Source of the DNA: Felis catus
Taxonomy: Eukaryota
Length of the DNA stretch: 64,000 bases
NCBI RefSeq assembly: GCF_018350175.1
Contig: NC_058378.1
Coordinates: forward strand, 87,482,001-87,546,000
Direction: 5' to 3'
Shown: positions 34,901 through 51,999 of the stretch, piece after piece
How positions within the stretch are numbered: position 1 is the stretch's first letter
Layout of the letters: every line of letters begins with the position of its first letter
Notes under the pieces: generated by a model
Told to the model about the DNA's origin: nothing
Database searches by the model: none
The model's input: the letters and a program-made list of their open reading frames with translations, nothing else
Position numbers and translations under genes: made by a program

Positions 34901-37786
34901 CAGGACGTGCTCACACAGGTGACAGAGGCGCCGGAGAGGCCCAGGTACTCGCCTCTGGGCCCAGCGCTGCCCCCTCCCTGGATCCAGCCCGCTCGCTCCT
35001 GGGTGATCCGCCACCCTACCCTCTGCCAGACCACCGTCCATGCTCCTCTGTTCTGGCTTCACTCCCTCCTCGCTGGTCTGTGAAAATTTAGTTCTTAAGA
35101 AACTAGAATTTGGGATTGCCAAAGAAACATCAGAGCTTTGCCGTGTATCAGGCTGCTTAAAGGAAAGGTGTCAGTTGGAAGCATAAGGTCTTCTGTCATC
35201 AGCAGGACGGCATTCCCACAAGGTGGTTTCCTTTGCCAGGGTGCCTGAGTTTACCTGTCAGGTGGCAGGCTGCTGCCAGGTGTTTGACAGCCTGGAGGAC
35301 TATGAGCACCACTACCACACTCTGCACAGAAACGTCTGCTCCTTCTGCAGACGGGCCTTCCCCTCAGTGCACCTGCTGGACGTCCACATCCTGGAGTGGC
35401 ATGACTCACTGTTCCAGATCCTGTCCGAAAGGCAGGACATGGTGGGTGATGCGTCCATGTTCCTTGGGGCCAAGTGCAGTCATCTCGGACGGAGGAGGGG
35501 TTTGTCCCCAAGCTGTTTGCCTAGCTGGGGGGGGAGGGGGGGGTCAGCACACTGCTCCCAGCTGGAGGTCAGGGGCAAGGTGTGGGGGGACTCTGTGGGT
35601 CAGGATGGAGGTGACGCTGTTTCTGTTTCAGTATCAGTGCCTGGTGGAAGGCTGTGCAGAGAAGTTCAAGACCAGCAAAGACAGGAAAGATCACCTGGTG
35701 AGATGTCACCTCTACCCTGCGGACTTCCGATTTGATAAGCCAAAGAAAAGCAGAGGGTACGCAAGGTGGTGCACGTGCCAAGCTTCAGGATGTGGCCCCT
35801 GAATTTAGAAAAGCGTTTTGAGTGTGTAGACTTTAAGGGTGCTGTCGGGTGGGGAGTTCTCAGGCAGGAGGAGTGAAACCAGTAGGGGATGGTTTTGCTG
35901 GCCCTGTTGGGAACGACTGGGATCTCATCTTGGTGTCTGCCCTGGGGCACCTAGGAATGTCACCTGATTCTCTGCTCTACCTGTGTCTCCTCCTGGGGGC
36001 TGCAGCCCCACTTGCTTTGCTGACCTGGCCCTCTGGGAATCTGCCCCAGGCTGGGAGGCCCTCCCCTCACGCAGACCCTCCAACTCTTCGTCTGGTTGGT
36101 GACTTGGACAATAAAGCCATTTTGTTACACACCACTGCTCAGAACAGCCTGGGGAAATGCATCAGGAGTCATTCTTAAACTTGTATCTCTTTGCCTTTTG
36201 CAACTGGTTCCTTTGGCAGAGTCCGTCAGAACATCCTGGGAATCGTGTCGAAGTGTTACCAGGCTAGTAGTCCTCAGCAGGTCTTTGCTCTTAAAGTACT
36301 GTGAGTCTGAGAGCCCACTGCAACACAGGAGAGTCACGAGGTTCTGAGTGTAAGGTGACTCTCTCCTCTCGGAGGGACCATTTCAAGGAAAGGAGTCCTA
36401 CAATGCTGGATTGAGTAGGGATTGGGGACGAGACTCGATAGCAAGGTTAACGTTAGCAAACTTCTCGTGGTTGTGGAAAGACAGTGGGCACCCTTGGGAG
36501 GCATTTACCACTTGGCACCACAAAAATACTTTTTTCAAAACATGAGGTGTAACTGTCACTAAATTTGCAAACGTGGCATCTGTCATGTGATCATTCACTT
36601 AAGGTTTTGTTGTAACCCTTGTGCTTGTCCCGATAGTCTGGAAAGTACGCTTTGCCAAAACAGTTAGAAAACGTTTTTTTGCAAGAAAAGTAGTGTTTCT
36701 GTGGTCAGTCTGGGGGGGCAGACAGGGCCACAGGAGCCACCACTCACCCTGTCTCCACAGCCCAGCCACACCCGGGGCCGCTGTACGAGCATCCGCAGAA
36801 GCTCCGAGGGATGACGGGGAGCAATCAGGAGGGGATGCCATGGAAGTCTGCTCTGAACACGCGGCCTCCCTCCCAGAGCCTGTGGGCGAGCGACGGACCT
36901 CCAGCCACAGGTCAGTGCCTGGCATCCTTCTGAGGCAGGTTGTGAGTGTGTGCTTTGTGAGGAGAATGCTGGGCTGGGCCCTGGGCAGTAGTCTCCCTGA
37001 GAGAAGGGAGTTGGAGTGTTGGCTTCAGCAGGAGTTGAGAGCCCGACCGGTCCTGTTTCTCTCGAGTCACTTTGTGTCTTGTGCACGCCCTGTTTTGGGC
37101 CCCGAGGCACAGGAAGGGAAGGCACCATCGCTGCCCTTGCATCGTGGCCTAAACTGGGATGGAAGGAACGTTGGCTGTCGTTGCCGAAGTTACGATCTAC
37201 TGATCTGTTTTTCTATTGCTAATTGTGTTCTTATTGGGCTAAACTTGTTTTCGAGTCTAATTCTGGGAAGGACACAGGACAGAAGGAAAGAAATTGCCAA
37301 CAAGTGCAAACCGATAAGAAGGTAGACTCTTACCCCCAGCTGCCCTCGCGCAGCCGCCCAGCCTTTGGCCTGCAAGTGGGTCCTGGATGCCGTGGCAGTC
37401 AGGGTTCCTTCCAGATGGTGGGTCACAGGAAGCCTGGGCCTGGAACCCGTGTCAGGAGCGGCCCTCTTGGCTGAGTCTCCCAGGCGAGAGTGTGTTGGCA
37501 GAAGCGGGTCTGAGGTGGATGGCCAGGTGTAGGAAGGGAGCTGACCCCGGGGCCCAGGGCATCTTGGGAAGGGACAGCCCTGTCCTGAATGTTCCTCCAA
37601 GTGGAAGAGAAGGAGCTCGCCAGAATAAACTCACGACGCTATTTTATGAGTTGGGTTTTTGTTGGGGAAAAAAATGGTTTAGTACGGAGACGACTCTTGT
37701 CTTTCAGAATACCTTCTACCATCTGTTTCGGTCAAGGTGCATCACGAGGATTTAAAAGCACCAAGAAAAAAAAGGGACACCAGTGA
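34456..37786 (+). CDS. ZNF511: Zinc finger protein 511, 6 exons, 260 aa
   Basis: Exons: 34456-34608, 34871-34944, 35240-35441, 35632-35756, 36761-36910, 37708-37786. GT-AG introns; 783 nt in frame. MQLPPAL...REHEFFEDGDV; three C2H2 fingers (CQVAGC..HYHTLH, CSFC..HILEWH, CLVEGC..HLVRCH); C-terminal RIPSTICFGQG. Confidence 0.95.
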
Positions 37787-38394
37787 CAACGTGGACGGAG
37801 AGCCACAGAACTCTAAGCTGACTCTGAGCGAGCGGTGGCCTTTCGCAGGATGGGGCGTCAGTGTTGCACTTTCTCTCGCCTTCTGGCGCGGCCGCCCTCA
37901 GACTCAGGCCTTTGCCACCCTCCATCTCAGCCCAGCTCCGTGTCGCTGAACAACTGTGTGACAGCAGAAGCAGTGACAGACCCACGGATTCCCGACACAT
38001 GCTCTGGTGAATGAACTGGCCCGCCATGCCACCTCCCTGTGCAGGGCCGTCCTGAGGATGTGCCGTATAAATACGTAGATATTTGCCATAACGGTCTCCA
38101 GCCGTGACTTCTCTGTGGTCGAGCTGTGTAGGGAAATGGGCAGCAGCTCTCCGTGGGGAATCTGTTTGCAGGGCTCGGTTTTCGGAAAGATTTACAAAGC
38201 CACAGAGCCTCTGGGGGGTGAGGATGTAGCACCTGAGTCGCTGACGCTCCTGGCTCAGCAAGAGGTCCCAGGGCCACCTTCCCCAGCGGCCATCAGCTCA
38301 GAGCTGATGGTGGGGTGAGAAGCCGAGGGGCTCCTGCACCGCAGGTGGGGTGTTAGGCGCTGGGAGAACCCTGCGGCCAGGGCCGGCCTCCCCG

Positions 38395-39070
38395 TGAATT
38401 GAGAATCCGGAAATTAACCCACATACTTGTGCTCAACTGGTGGGGAAAGAGTAGTCTTTTCAACAAATGGAACCGAGATAACTGGACATCCACACGCAAA
38501 AGAGGTATATGCCTAAGAGATGGAAATACACGCCCCCCCAAAAACTTGTGCACCAGTGCCTGCAGCAGCATCATTCACAATGGCCAAAAGATGGAAACAA
38601 CTCACATGTCCCTCAAGTGAGGAACGCGTAAGCAAAACGTGGTGTATTCATAAAATGAAACACTGGCCAGAAAAGGGANNNNNNNNNNNNNNNNNNNNNN
38701 NNNNNNNNNNNNNNNNNNNNNNNNNNNNNNNNNNNNNNNNNNNNNNNNNNNNNNNNNNNNNNNNNNNNNNNNNNNNNNNNNNNNNNNNNNNNNNNNNNNN
38801 NNNNNNNNNNCATTTCTATTCCATTTCTAGAAACGCCCAGTGTGCGGACACGTACAGAGAAAGGAGGTTACTGGTTCTTAGGGCTGGGGATTATGCGGAA
38901 ATGGGGGAATAGCCAGAAAATACAGGGTTTTTTTCTGAGATGATGGAAATGCTCTGAAGTTGCCCGTGGTGAAGGCTGCACACATCTGTGAATCTGCTGA
39001 AAAGCGTTGAATCCTACACTTTAGATGGGTGAACCGTATGGTGTGTGAGTTTGTCTCCATAAAGCTGTTT
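38395..39070 (+). mobile_element. Old L1 3'-end fragments (interrupted by gap)
   Basis: gtcttttcaacaaatgg...aactggacatccacacgcaaaa; gcagcatcattcacaatggccaaaagatggaaacaa; gatggaaatgctctgaa. Confidence 0.7.
38679..38810. other. Assembly gap (N run)
   Basis: 132 N bases. Confidence 1.
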
Positions 39071-40394
39071 GAAAGAACAAACACGTACCCGGCTGGCTCA
39101 GGCAGAAGAGCCTACGACTCTTGATCCCTGGTTGTGAGTTGAAGTCCCACATTGGGTATAGAGATTTAAGTATAAAAATTAAAAGTCTTACAAGTAAGTA
39201 AAACAAAAATCGCGAGGCAATCCGGGAAACCTGGACGCTGCTGGACACTCGACAGGCACCAGAGCTATTCGGTGGTGGTCATGCTGCGGCTGTTTTCCTA
39301 AGTAGTCTTTAGAAGGTACTTCCCGAAATATTCGTGAAGGAAATGACATGATGTCTGGGGTCTGCTTCAGAATGATCTGGGAGGGAGGACTGTTTGGGGC
39401 TGAGATGAAACCAGGCTGACCCTGGGTAGATGGCTGCTGAAACCAGGAGCCAGGGGCACGATGACCCTAACCGTGCACACACACTCGCCCCCTTCGACAA
39501 GTAAAGTAAAAAGGAAAAGGAAGCCAAGGCAGGTGTGGACAGGACCAGCCTCAAGGACCAGAGCTCCGGGTCATCATGTCCTGAGGGCAGCCCCTCACAC
39601 TCCCGCAAGCACAGCAACTGGTGAGAAGCTCACACCCACCCAAACCTTGTCCCCGGCTGCTCGGAAGGAGCATGAGGCAAACAGCTTTCTTTCTGGACTC
39701 TGAAAGACAACCGAGATCAGGCCCTTGGGCGGGCATAGTGAGTGCTTACAGGGGAAGTGCACTGAGCCCCCTGGCAAGTGGGAGGGAGCAGCACCGACCC
39801 TGGAGAGATGATGAGGCAGCCTCTCCATGAAGTGGTCTAGTTAGACCACAGCAGGTGGGCGGGCAGGTGGGCAGTGGGCGGGCAGATGGGGGGGGGGGGG
39901 ATTCCCCAGAGGCTTCCTGCGGCACTGCAAAGCAGGCCAGGCTTCCAGAGGACAGGACATCACCCTGCCGCCTCTCCCCAAGCAGATCACCTTACATGTT
40001 TCTCCTGATTTGCTGTGGACTTCATGTTACGGTATTTTGCTGTACGTAAGTTCTTTACAGTTATGTGGTCAGTCTATCATTTATTATCTTTATGAGTTTT
40101 TTTTAATTTAATGTGTCAAAAGCTCCCCCCTCCACGGGTTTATTCTAGGAGTTCACACTTGTCTCAACACTGGAGAATCTGTTACTGTAATACACCATGT
40201 TAACAGCCTGAAGGGAAAATCATATCATCATTTCAATATGTGCAGAAAAAGCATCTGACAAAAGACAACATTCATGGAGGAAAAAACTTCGTATTAACTA
40301 GCTGTGGAATGGAACCACAGTCACCTGGAAGAGGTATTTCGAGACACCCACCACACCTAGCATGCTTGTGGTGGGGTTAAAAATACTTCCTTTA

Positions 40395-40856
40395 GGGGCG
40401 CCTGGGTGGCTCAGTCGGTTGAGCCTCCGACTTTGGCTCAGGTCATGATCTCGCAGTCTGTGAGTTCGAGCCCCGCGTCGGGCTCTATGCTGACGGCTCG
40501 GAGCCTGGAGCCTGTTTCGGATTCTGTGTCTCCCTCTCTCTCTACCCTCCCCCGTTCATGCTCTGTCTCTCTCTGTCTCAAAAATTTAAAAAAAAAAAAA
40601 TTAAAAAAAATACTTCCTTTAAAAATCAAGAATGAGGTGGGGGTGCCTGGGTGGCTCAGTCGGTTTGGCGGCCGGCTTTGGCTCAGGTCACGATCTCACA
40701 GTTGGAGGGTTCAAGCCCCGCGTCGGGCTCTGTGCTGACAGCTTGGAGCCTGGAGCCCACTTCAGAATCTGTGACATCCCCCCTCTCTCTGCCCCCTTCC
40801 CAGCTCATGCTCTGTCTCTGTCTCTCAAAAAATAAACGTTAAATTTGTTTTTTTTT
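40395..40856 (+). mobile_element. Two CAN-SINEs (40395-40610, 40640-40856) inserted in an L1 ORF2 remnant, each with a TSD
   Basis: TSDs aaaatacttccttta and aatcaagaatgagg; flanking L1-like catatcatcatttcaatatgtgcagaaaaagcatctgacaaaa. Confidence 0.9.
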
Positions 40857-41442
40857 AATCAAGAATGAGGCAAAGATACCCCTTCTGGCAACTTCTGTGC
40901 ACCCTTATGCTGGAGGTGGTCACCTGCCCAGTGAAACAAGAAAAGGGTCAGGTGTGTGCGTTGTTTAGTTTCAGCTCCGTTTAGCAGAAAGCCCAAACAT
41001 TTGCTTCAACAAAGTAGGAACGGCTCGTGCCCCGTGGCCTCCGTGGCCTCCGTGGCCTCCTGGGGTCGTGGGGCCCTCCCTCTGGGAGCTGCACGCACCA
41101 TCCCGAGTTGCAAAAATGGCTTCAGCGAGGGCAGGGTGAGTGCATCGTTCCGCAGTCTACAAATTTTCAAAGTACAACCTTCAGAACAAATAGCACCTTC
41201 AGTGTTTCAAGGAAGAGTGTAGCTGTTTGGTGTGGTTTTCATACACGCACCCCAGACACACTTCCCTCCCCCTTGCTTCCCATGCTGTCCTGCAGTGCTG
41301 GTCATGTCAGGCGAATTGCTACACGCTTATTTTTCTGAATGGCCTAATCCACGGAATACAGCACATAATGGAGAATATCAGAAATAGCAAAAACCCTGTA
41401 TTTTGGTGAAAGAGACGACACTTCTTTTAAAGTCAAAATGAA

Positions 41443-41630
41443 GGGGCACCCGGGTGGCTCGGTCAGTTGAGCATCCAACTCGATTTCAGCTCAGGTTTTG
41501 ATCTCACAGTTCATGAGATCGAGCCCCATGTCAGGCTCTACCTGACAGTGGGGAGCCTCCTTGGGAGTCTCTCTCTCTGCCCCTCCCCAGCTTGTGCTCT
41601 CCCTCTCAAAATAAATAAATAAACAGTAAA
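41443..41630 (+). mobile_element. CAN-SINE with TSD aaagtcaaaatgaa
   Basis: SINE head and tail plus TSD. Confidence 0.88.
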
Positions 41631-43718
41631 AGTCAAAATGAAAGTCCCAGAACTTTTAGGCCATCTGACTAGCATTGTGTGTTATCACATCAGAAAACCA
41701 GCACAGCCCACATCCTCGGAAATACTATCCTGGAGCCGGGGAGCACGCGCAGATCGGAGCCTGGGGGCCGTGCTGGGGCCGCGCCCCAGTCCAGGAGAGC
41801 CTGCCCAGCACCGGGATGGGTCCATGGAGCAGGTCACAGGGCAATTCAGGCGATGCAGAAATTGTGTTAGTATTTACATGTCCATCATTTTACTTGACAG
41901 AAAATAGCATTTCCTTGTTAGGAAACAGCTCATAGGGACAAAAGCACATGTGAGATCGCATGTCCCAGAAGGGACAGTAGACACCAGTCCCATGACCCAG
42001 CCTGAGAAGTGCCCAGTGTTGCCTTTTCGGAAGCCCACAAGGAACCTCTGCCCTCCAGACTGCTTCCTTGTGATCCTTGGGATCTGACCCGCTCCACCCT
42101 GGGGGCCCACGGACACAGGACCTGGGGGCCGGGCCGGGGCCGGGGCCGGAGCAGCGCCCTCTGACCCCAGCAGGCGCTGCTGTTGCAGGGGTGCCTGCAG
42201 CTACTGTAGGTGCCCAGCAGGGGCTCTGAGAGCGCCTGGGCCGGAACCTCGTCACTGCGCCAGCAGGACCCTGACTTCGGAGCCTCAGGGTTGGCTCCCG
42301 GGGCTCAGAGGGCTTCGTGTCACCCAGACCGCCAGGCCTATTTGTTATGTCACTTGTTTAATGACGCTGATGAGACACCCAGGCTTGGTGGCTGGGTCAC
42401 CGTCTGCGGTCTCCATGGTCCCACCCCCTGGTTTGGCCCTACCAGGGGTCACCCACAGTCCATGCCATTGCACAGCTCGACCCTCTCTTTGTCCCCTGCA
42501 CCCTCAAAGGGGCGTGTCCCCCTCGTCGAGTTGGCCTCCCAGAGGCAGGGCTGCTGTCTCTGAGTCCGCCAGCAGCGCCTGGGTGTGAAGCACGGAGAGG
42601 GCACAGACAGGGGTGGGGCACGACTCTGGAGTTCGGGGATGTGGGTCCTGAGACTGGGGTGGCAGAGGCCCCAGGCCTCTGTGCGTGTTCCCGATGGATG
42701 AGCCCTTCCAAGTTGCTCTGGCAAGCTCAAGACCTCCTATGGGGGACACACTGGCTGGAGGAGGGCCTCAGGTCCACACAGCTGGGGTCCGGGCCAGGAC
42801 ATGCAGGGACCCGAGTCCTCCCTGGGAATGCAGACAGGCAGCAGAAGTCTCGAGGAGGGACAGACGTCTGCCCCGGGGCAGTACCCCTTTCCAGAAGAGC
42901 AGAAAGTCTTGGTCTTCAGCCTTGCCCAGGAACAAGGGCACCTGGCTGGGGCGGTGGGGCTGGGGGGGAGCCACAGAGCTTTGCTCACTTTTGGGTGGTC
43001 TGTGTGCCAAGCCCTGGTCAGATGAAAGGGCTGTCGACCAGCTCAGTGAGGGGACCTGGGCAGAGAACCTCCCAGGTAGGCATCTTGGGTCAGAAATGGT
43101 TATGGAGAGACACCTTAGCAAGCTGACTGAGCATTCCTGACTGGGTTGGGGCTGCTCAGCCAGACTGTGTGGGTGGTGTTGGGAGCTGCGTGTGCAGAGC
43201 CGTGCTCTGTGGCGAGAGCACCGCTGGGGTGGAGACCAAGGGACGGTGGACAGATGCCAGGCAGTGGGCACCTCATGGTGGTTTTCCTTGTGTTGGTGTC
43301 TTGGTCGGTTTTGCCTTGGAGTATCTCAAATGACCACCATGATCCTCAAACTGTTTGCTAAGTGAGCCTTGTCTGGCTGTACGATTTGGCCCTGACTTTC
43401 AGGTACTTCAGATTTGAGCAGATCAAAGTGCTGGCCCGCAGGCAGTGTCCAGACTGGGGGGCATGGCCCCTCGGCCCCTCAGTGAGCTCCCTGTGTGCCA
43501 TGGCCCCCAGCCACCCTCTCCGGTGTATTTACAGACCTGTGTCCTTGCGGATGGTGCCTGGAGTTGGGTTGTGAGTGTAAACAGCACACTGCAGGGGCAG
43601 TGGTGCACACGGGGAAGGTGGAAGAGGAAGGGGCTTCCCGGCCCTGTCTGGTTACCACTGGTCACCTCAGCAGCTGGCACTTCAGGAACTGGGTTGGTGT
43701 CCCTTTAAAATCCATTGT

Positions 43719-43849
43719 GGGGCACCTGGGTGGCTCAGTCGGTCAGGCGTCCCACTTCGTTCGGCCCAGGTCACGATCTCATGGTTGGTGGGTTCAAGCC
43801 CCACGTCGGGCTCTGTGCTGACGGCTTGGAGCCTGGAGCCTGCTTCGGA

Positions 43850-43898
<49 letters not shown>

Positions 43899-43975
43899 TG
43901 CCCCTCCCCCACTCACACTCTGTCTCTGTGTCTTTCAAAAATAAATAAATGTAAAAAAAATTTTTTTTGTTTTAA
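43719..43975 (+). mobile_element. CAN-SINE containing a (TG)~22 microsatellite (43853-43896)
   Basis: SINE head, internal TG run, TSD aaatccat. Confidence 0.9.
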
Positions 43976-44079
43976 ATCCATCGTGAGTTCTCGTTTTCCC
44001 AGAAACCTAGGGAGGATGATGGCTACTGACAGGCAGGTTCAGGTAACGAGACTTTGGGCAGGTTCCTGCGCTGTTTCTG

Positions 44080-46990
<2,911 letters not shown>

Positions 46991-49900
46991 TGAAGGCCCC
47001 TGGGCACAGGGGCAGGGGGGGTAGGGGGGGCGACCTCTTACCAACTCGGTCACAGGGCTTGGGACAAGCACAGAGTCACTGGGTCACTCGGTGTTTACTG
47101 TCGGGCTCTCCCGCTCAGCACTTTCTTCCCAGGCCCACCGGGACCTGGGACCAGGGCAAGATCCAGCGGGGAGGGGCCTCGGAGGGTTGGGCTTCCTGGG
47201 CGAGGCGGGGGGAGGGATGCTCCTGGGGAGATAGGATTCCCCCCTCCCCCTGCGCAGCTCGGAGAAGTGGGAGCAGAGGCCCAACAGAGACCTGTGCTTA
47301 TTCAGATTCTTTTTCCCAAACTGGACCAAATCTGGTTGAAAAGCCTTCTGTGCCATAACACTGAACCCTCCGTCTGCAGTGTCTCCCTGAAGTTCTGGAA
47401 CAGATCATGAGATGGGTTGGCCTGTACCGACTTCTTGTCTGGTTAACATCCCAGAGCACAGAAACAGCAGTGTGAATCAGCATATTTTTAGTTTTGAAAA
47501 ACCAAAGTTGCTTTAATGAGATCCAGCTTTGGGGGACAGTTAACTGTCTGGCTCAGCCAGAGAAACTCAATTAAAAAGTGTTTTCTCCATGCAAATTTAG
47601 AAGCAGGGCTGAAAGGGCTCTCACACCAGGCTCCAGGGCCAGGTCCGGCAGGCCAGCGCCTTCTATAAACCAAGATGGATTGCCCCTTTCTAACGTAATA
47701 AAGACGTTCGTTCTGAGTTGAATGAAGATAATTGCATCATTAAAGCACTTTCTGTGAAGAACTCTCTCGGGGTAGTTTATCTTCAGCAGGCCACTCCCAG
47801 GAGTGTTTGAAGAAGAATTCTAATAAGGATGACAGCCAGCCGCCCTAGCCTGCCCCATGTCTGCCCAGGACACTCTGAAGGTGGCATCTGGGGGGGGGGG
47901 GGTGAAGCGGGAGTCTGTGCTGTGGTTCGGCTGGCCCCGGCAGAAGGATGGGGTCTCAGGGCCAACCTCCAAGAAAGTCTCGCCCTTCCCTGTGGTGTCC
48001 AAATTGGCGTTTGTCCCCCCTGGCAGGGCAAGGCCGGGCCCTTGCTGAGCATGGGCTCCAGCAAGGTGGCAGAGAAGGGAAGGAAGATTTGGAGGCTGGG
48101 GGGGCGTGTCCAGGATCCGACGTGAAAATCCAGACCCCAACACTCTGCACAAACAGGTCTCCAACGCAGCACAGTACCCTCCGCACCCCTGGGGCCTGGC
48201 CAGTAGGACAGGGGGTGGTGGACTGACAGGGGACCCCATTTCTATCAGTGTAATGGCTCTGGACGTAGAAACCCATGTCTCATGTGTCAAGAAAGACTGG
48301 ACGCTGTCCTTGGCCACCAGGAGGGCCGAAGTTGACTGTGGTCACTTGGCTTCCCAGCAGCCCAGGAGCAGGCCAGCCAGCCGTGTTGTGTGAACAGGAG
48401 GCCGGGAACAGCCTCTGGACGCGGGCCCTTCTTGAGGCCACTGCCCCGCCCCCATCGCAGGTGTGCCCCTGAGAGGGTGGCAAAACCCCACAGACGGTCC
48501 ACCTCACCCCGCACTTGGACAGACCTCTTCCCAGCTTGAGTGGCGCTGTCTCCCACCGTGATCTGCTCCCACTCTGAGCTGCGAGGGACAGAAGGTCAGG
48601 CAAAGGCCACCTCCTTTTGGTGCTGACTTCGGAGGCAATGAGCACATCCTTAGTTCGCAGAAATGAGTGGCAATCACAGAGCCGGAGGTTTAGAGGCCCC
48701 GCTAGGAGCTCCCGTGGGGGAATCAGTGTAATGAGATGATTTTTGAGAAGGGATTCGTTCCGTAGGGTTTATATGGCCAAGTTCGGAACCGCACCAGACT
48801 GAAGCAGAAATGCTGCTCACAAAAGTTGGCGGAGGGGAGTGTTGGCCACTACGGGCGTGAGGTCAGGGAAAGCCCGTGACATCACTCTTCTGAAGAAAGT
48901 CATCGTCCCCTCTTGGATATCGGTGAAGCGCGCCCAGTCCTTGATGAAAACCCCCAGCGGACTTTCCCTCGTATAGCAGCTGGTGGTAATCAGTTGGCAC
49001 ACAATGGGACCATTGCTCAAAGGACGGGGCCACCTGCTGCCAGGCCTCTTCCAAAGGCTGCACTTCCCACACAGTGTCATCTTCCAGGAAAAGCCCTGTT
49101 GGAAACCACCATTTGTTCGTCACCCTCTTGTGTCGCTGTCGCCAGCAGTATGGCAGACAGCCTCCCATCCACCCTGAAGGGCCCGGACACCCCCTCCCCA
49201 AAGGTACGTGTGTTGGAGTTTGACTTTTTCCTTCTCGACTTGTTAGGAAATTGCTCCAGACGCCGGTGGCACTTTCCCCACAACTCTGGCCAGAGGGAGA
49301 CCAACGGGCGTGAGCTCCAGCGGCAGTGGCACGAGAAGGGGGCAGCTGGGACACGAGGTCCACCTGGAGACGCTCCGGTGTCACGTCACTCAGGGGAGTG
49401 TTCCGGAGGGGGATCGTCAGAGGAGAAGCCCATCCTGGTTGAGCGAGCCCTCTGTCCAGAGCCCCCGGCTCCCGTAGCTTTGTCCAGGGCAGTAGAGAAC
49501 GGCCGCTCCAGGGACATCGCAGCCCCAGCTCCGAGCAGCGCAGCAGGGCCCTGGGCAGAGGCGGCGTTAAGATCGTGAGTCACCTGACCTGGAGATGCAG
49601 AGACCATCCTGCCTCGTGCAAGCAGACCCAGCCTCACCCTGAGCATCCTTGAAGGGGAAAGGGAGAGCCAGAGACAAGCACTGTGAGAAGGATGCAGCCA
49701 GACACCACTGGCCTTGTGGGCAGCTTCTAGAAGCCAGGGGCGGGCTCCAGCAGCCAGCGCCCCCTTCACTCTAGCCCCAGGGAACCATCTGCACTCCTGT
49801 TTGCGCTGTTTTACGCCACCCCTTTTGTGGTCACCTGTCCCAGCTATAGTCGGAGTCCAACCTGTCTTCTAAGGCACCTGTCGTCACCCTGCCTTTTGTG

Positions 49901-51999
49901 GGAGAGGAAACCGAAAGAGAGAGACAGGTGCCGTGCTGGGGGCCGGGCAGAACGGAACCGGCCCGTGTGACTGCCAGGTCCATGCTTTCCCTCCACAGCC
50001 GCGAGCAGGGCGGGCGGGCCCGCTCCCAGCTTCTCGTCCACAGCTCAGCCATGGGTCACAGGCGGCAGCAGAACCCCGTGGCACGCGGGGACCCTTCCTC
50101 TGGCGCCACCTCTCCCAGGGTCCAGGACTCCCTGACGCATCCTGGAGCCTCCCTCCCAGCCTCCCTAGCTCTGCCCGCCCGGCCCCATCTCCACAGCCCC
50201 TTAGGTGGGACATGCTCTCAGGGGCCACTGCTCTGCTACACTGAGCCCGGGGCGCTGACCGACCAAACTTGGTGATAGAAGGCAGGCGACAGGTGGTTCT
50301 GTGCCTTTGTAAGAACCAGGCGCACCTGCTACTGTCCACCCACTCACAGCTGCTCGCTGTGAGCCCGAGACCCAACTGTCCTGGGCCTGAGGCTCTGGAC
50401 GCCAGGGCCAGGTGGGGCAGAGTTTCTGAGGACAGATTCGGCTCCCTTCCGGGGCTTCCCAGAGGAGTGGAGTGGGGCTCCCTCTCAGTTCTGTCAGCCC
50501 CACATGCTGCCTCTGTGTACTTTCTCTCTGTCTCTTCCTGTCTTTCTGTTGTCTCTGGCTCTCTGTCTATCTCTGGCTCTGGCTGTCTCGTCACCCTGGG
50601 CCAGGGTCTGGCACTGGCTGACCTGAGGAACAGGTGTGACCCGTTGCACACACGGGTCCCGGGCACAAGGGCAGGGCTCAGGCCAAGTGCACAGTGAACC
50701 TCCCCCTGCTCCCCATTTCTCTGGAGGCCTTGCTCCCGTCCGTCTCAGGGCCTCAGTGGCCCGGGCCCTGGCCCGACACTCCCTGGAATGCTAGGCAGTC
50801 CTTCCAGGAGTGGGAAATGCTACCACAGATGCTCAGCCAGCGTCCCTGCTTGCTGGGACACTGTCTCCTAAACTCGGATTCCTGGGCCACGAAGGAGCGG
50901 ATCTCTGCAGGGCCAGGGGCCTGGCCGCGGCTCCTTATCACATACGTGGTGGTCACCACGGTCAGGCAGGGAGGAGGGGGAGTGTGGCAGGTCCAGGGAG
51001 GGATGCCTCGTGGGCCCTGGATGTCCGTGGAGGTGGGACCCCTCCAGGGGGTCAGACCACCGTCAGACTGCTCACGGCCAGCCTTGGCCCAGCCTGGATG
51101 GAGAAGCAAACGGAAACACAGACTGACCTTCTAGGTGGATGAGGGCCTGTGACTTGAATCCCTGCTTCTCTCCTCATACCCTGCTACTCCTTCCTTCACC
51201 TCACGGTGACCTGAGCCTGACCCCTGGCCACCTCCTTATCTGTGGCCCTGCCCTGCCTCTCCAGCTGGCATCTGTGCTTTAGGAGACCACCCTGCTCCTC
51301 AGCCTCCTGCCTGGCAGAGCTCAGCGCCGAGAAGTGGCCAATGGGCCATCGCCTGTTTCCAGTGGGGGTGGGGCACTGTCTCCTGGGGGTCCAATTGCAG
51401 AGACTGGGTGGGTCGGGGGGCCTTGTGGGGGCACAAGGCAGTCAGCCAGCCGAAGCTGCCCCTGTGCAGAGAGAACCCACCCCCGCAACCCCACTTTCCC
51501 TAGCAACCCTCCCCCTGCTGTGGAAAGAGCTGTATAGCCCCAGCTGCAGGCCGAGAGCACAGGGGCCTGTGGGAATCACATGAGGCTTGTGGATATTGAC
51601 AGGATGCTGTTTAGGATGACTGAATTGTAGATATTTGTTTCATTTTGAGGATTAACAACTTTTCTTTGGCGATCCTTGAAAAAAGGGCAGTGGAGAGGGG
51701 AAAAATCCGCTCAGGCAAAGACAAGGATGAGTGTGGGATGGTTTTAGAAACCAGGGGAGCCAAGCTGCCACTCCGGCCATGGCTCCACTCAGCCGTGGGG
51801 CCCCAGAGGGGACAGTGATTAGACCCAGGGCTTCTGGCACATGGGCAGTGGGGCACCTGCTCCAGGCCAGGCCAAACAGAGAAGGACGGTGGCGTGGACG
51901 TGAACTGAACCCTGGAGGTGTCGTGGCCACCAGCTCTGTGGGCAGCCTGGGGTTAACAATGCTGTTGATCTCAAGCGACCAGCTCTCAGATTCATCGCC

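Noticed and set aside
33803-35122. 439-aa minus-strand ORF and similar long ORFs (e.g. 7458-8723, 5286-6317, 13510-14430, 61835-62992)
   Set aside because: Low-complexity P/A/G/R composition expected in very GC-rich DNA; they overlap real exons in other frames or strands and show no recognisable domain.
48817-49384. ORFs with protein-like composition (ESPLGVFIKDWARF faintly resembles retroviral Gag matrix)
   Set aside because: Similarity too short, with no LTR, PBS or further gag motifs; a profile search (Dfam/Pfam) would be needed.
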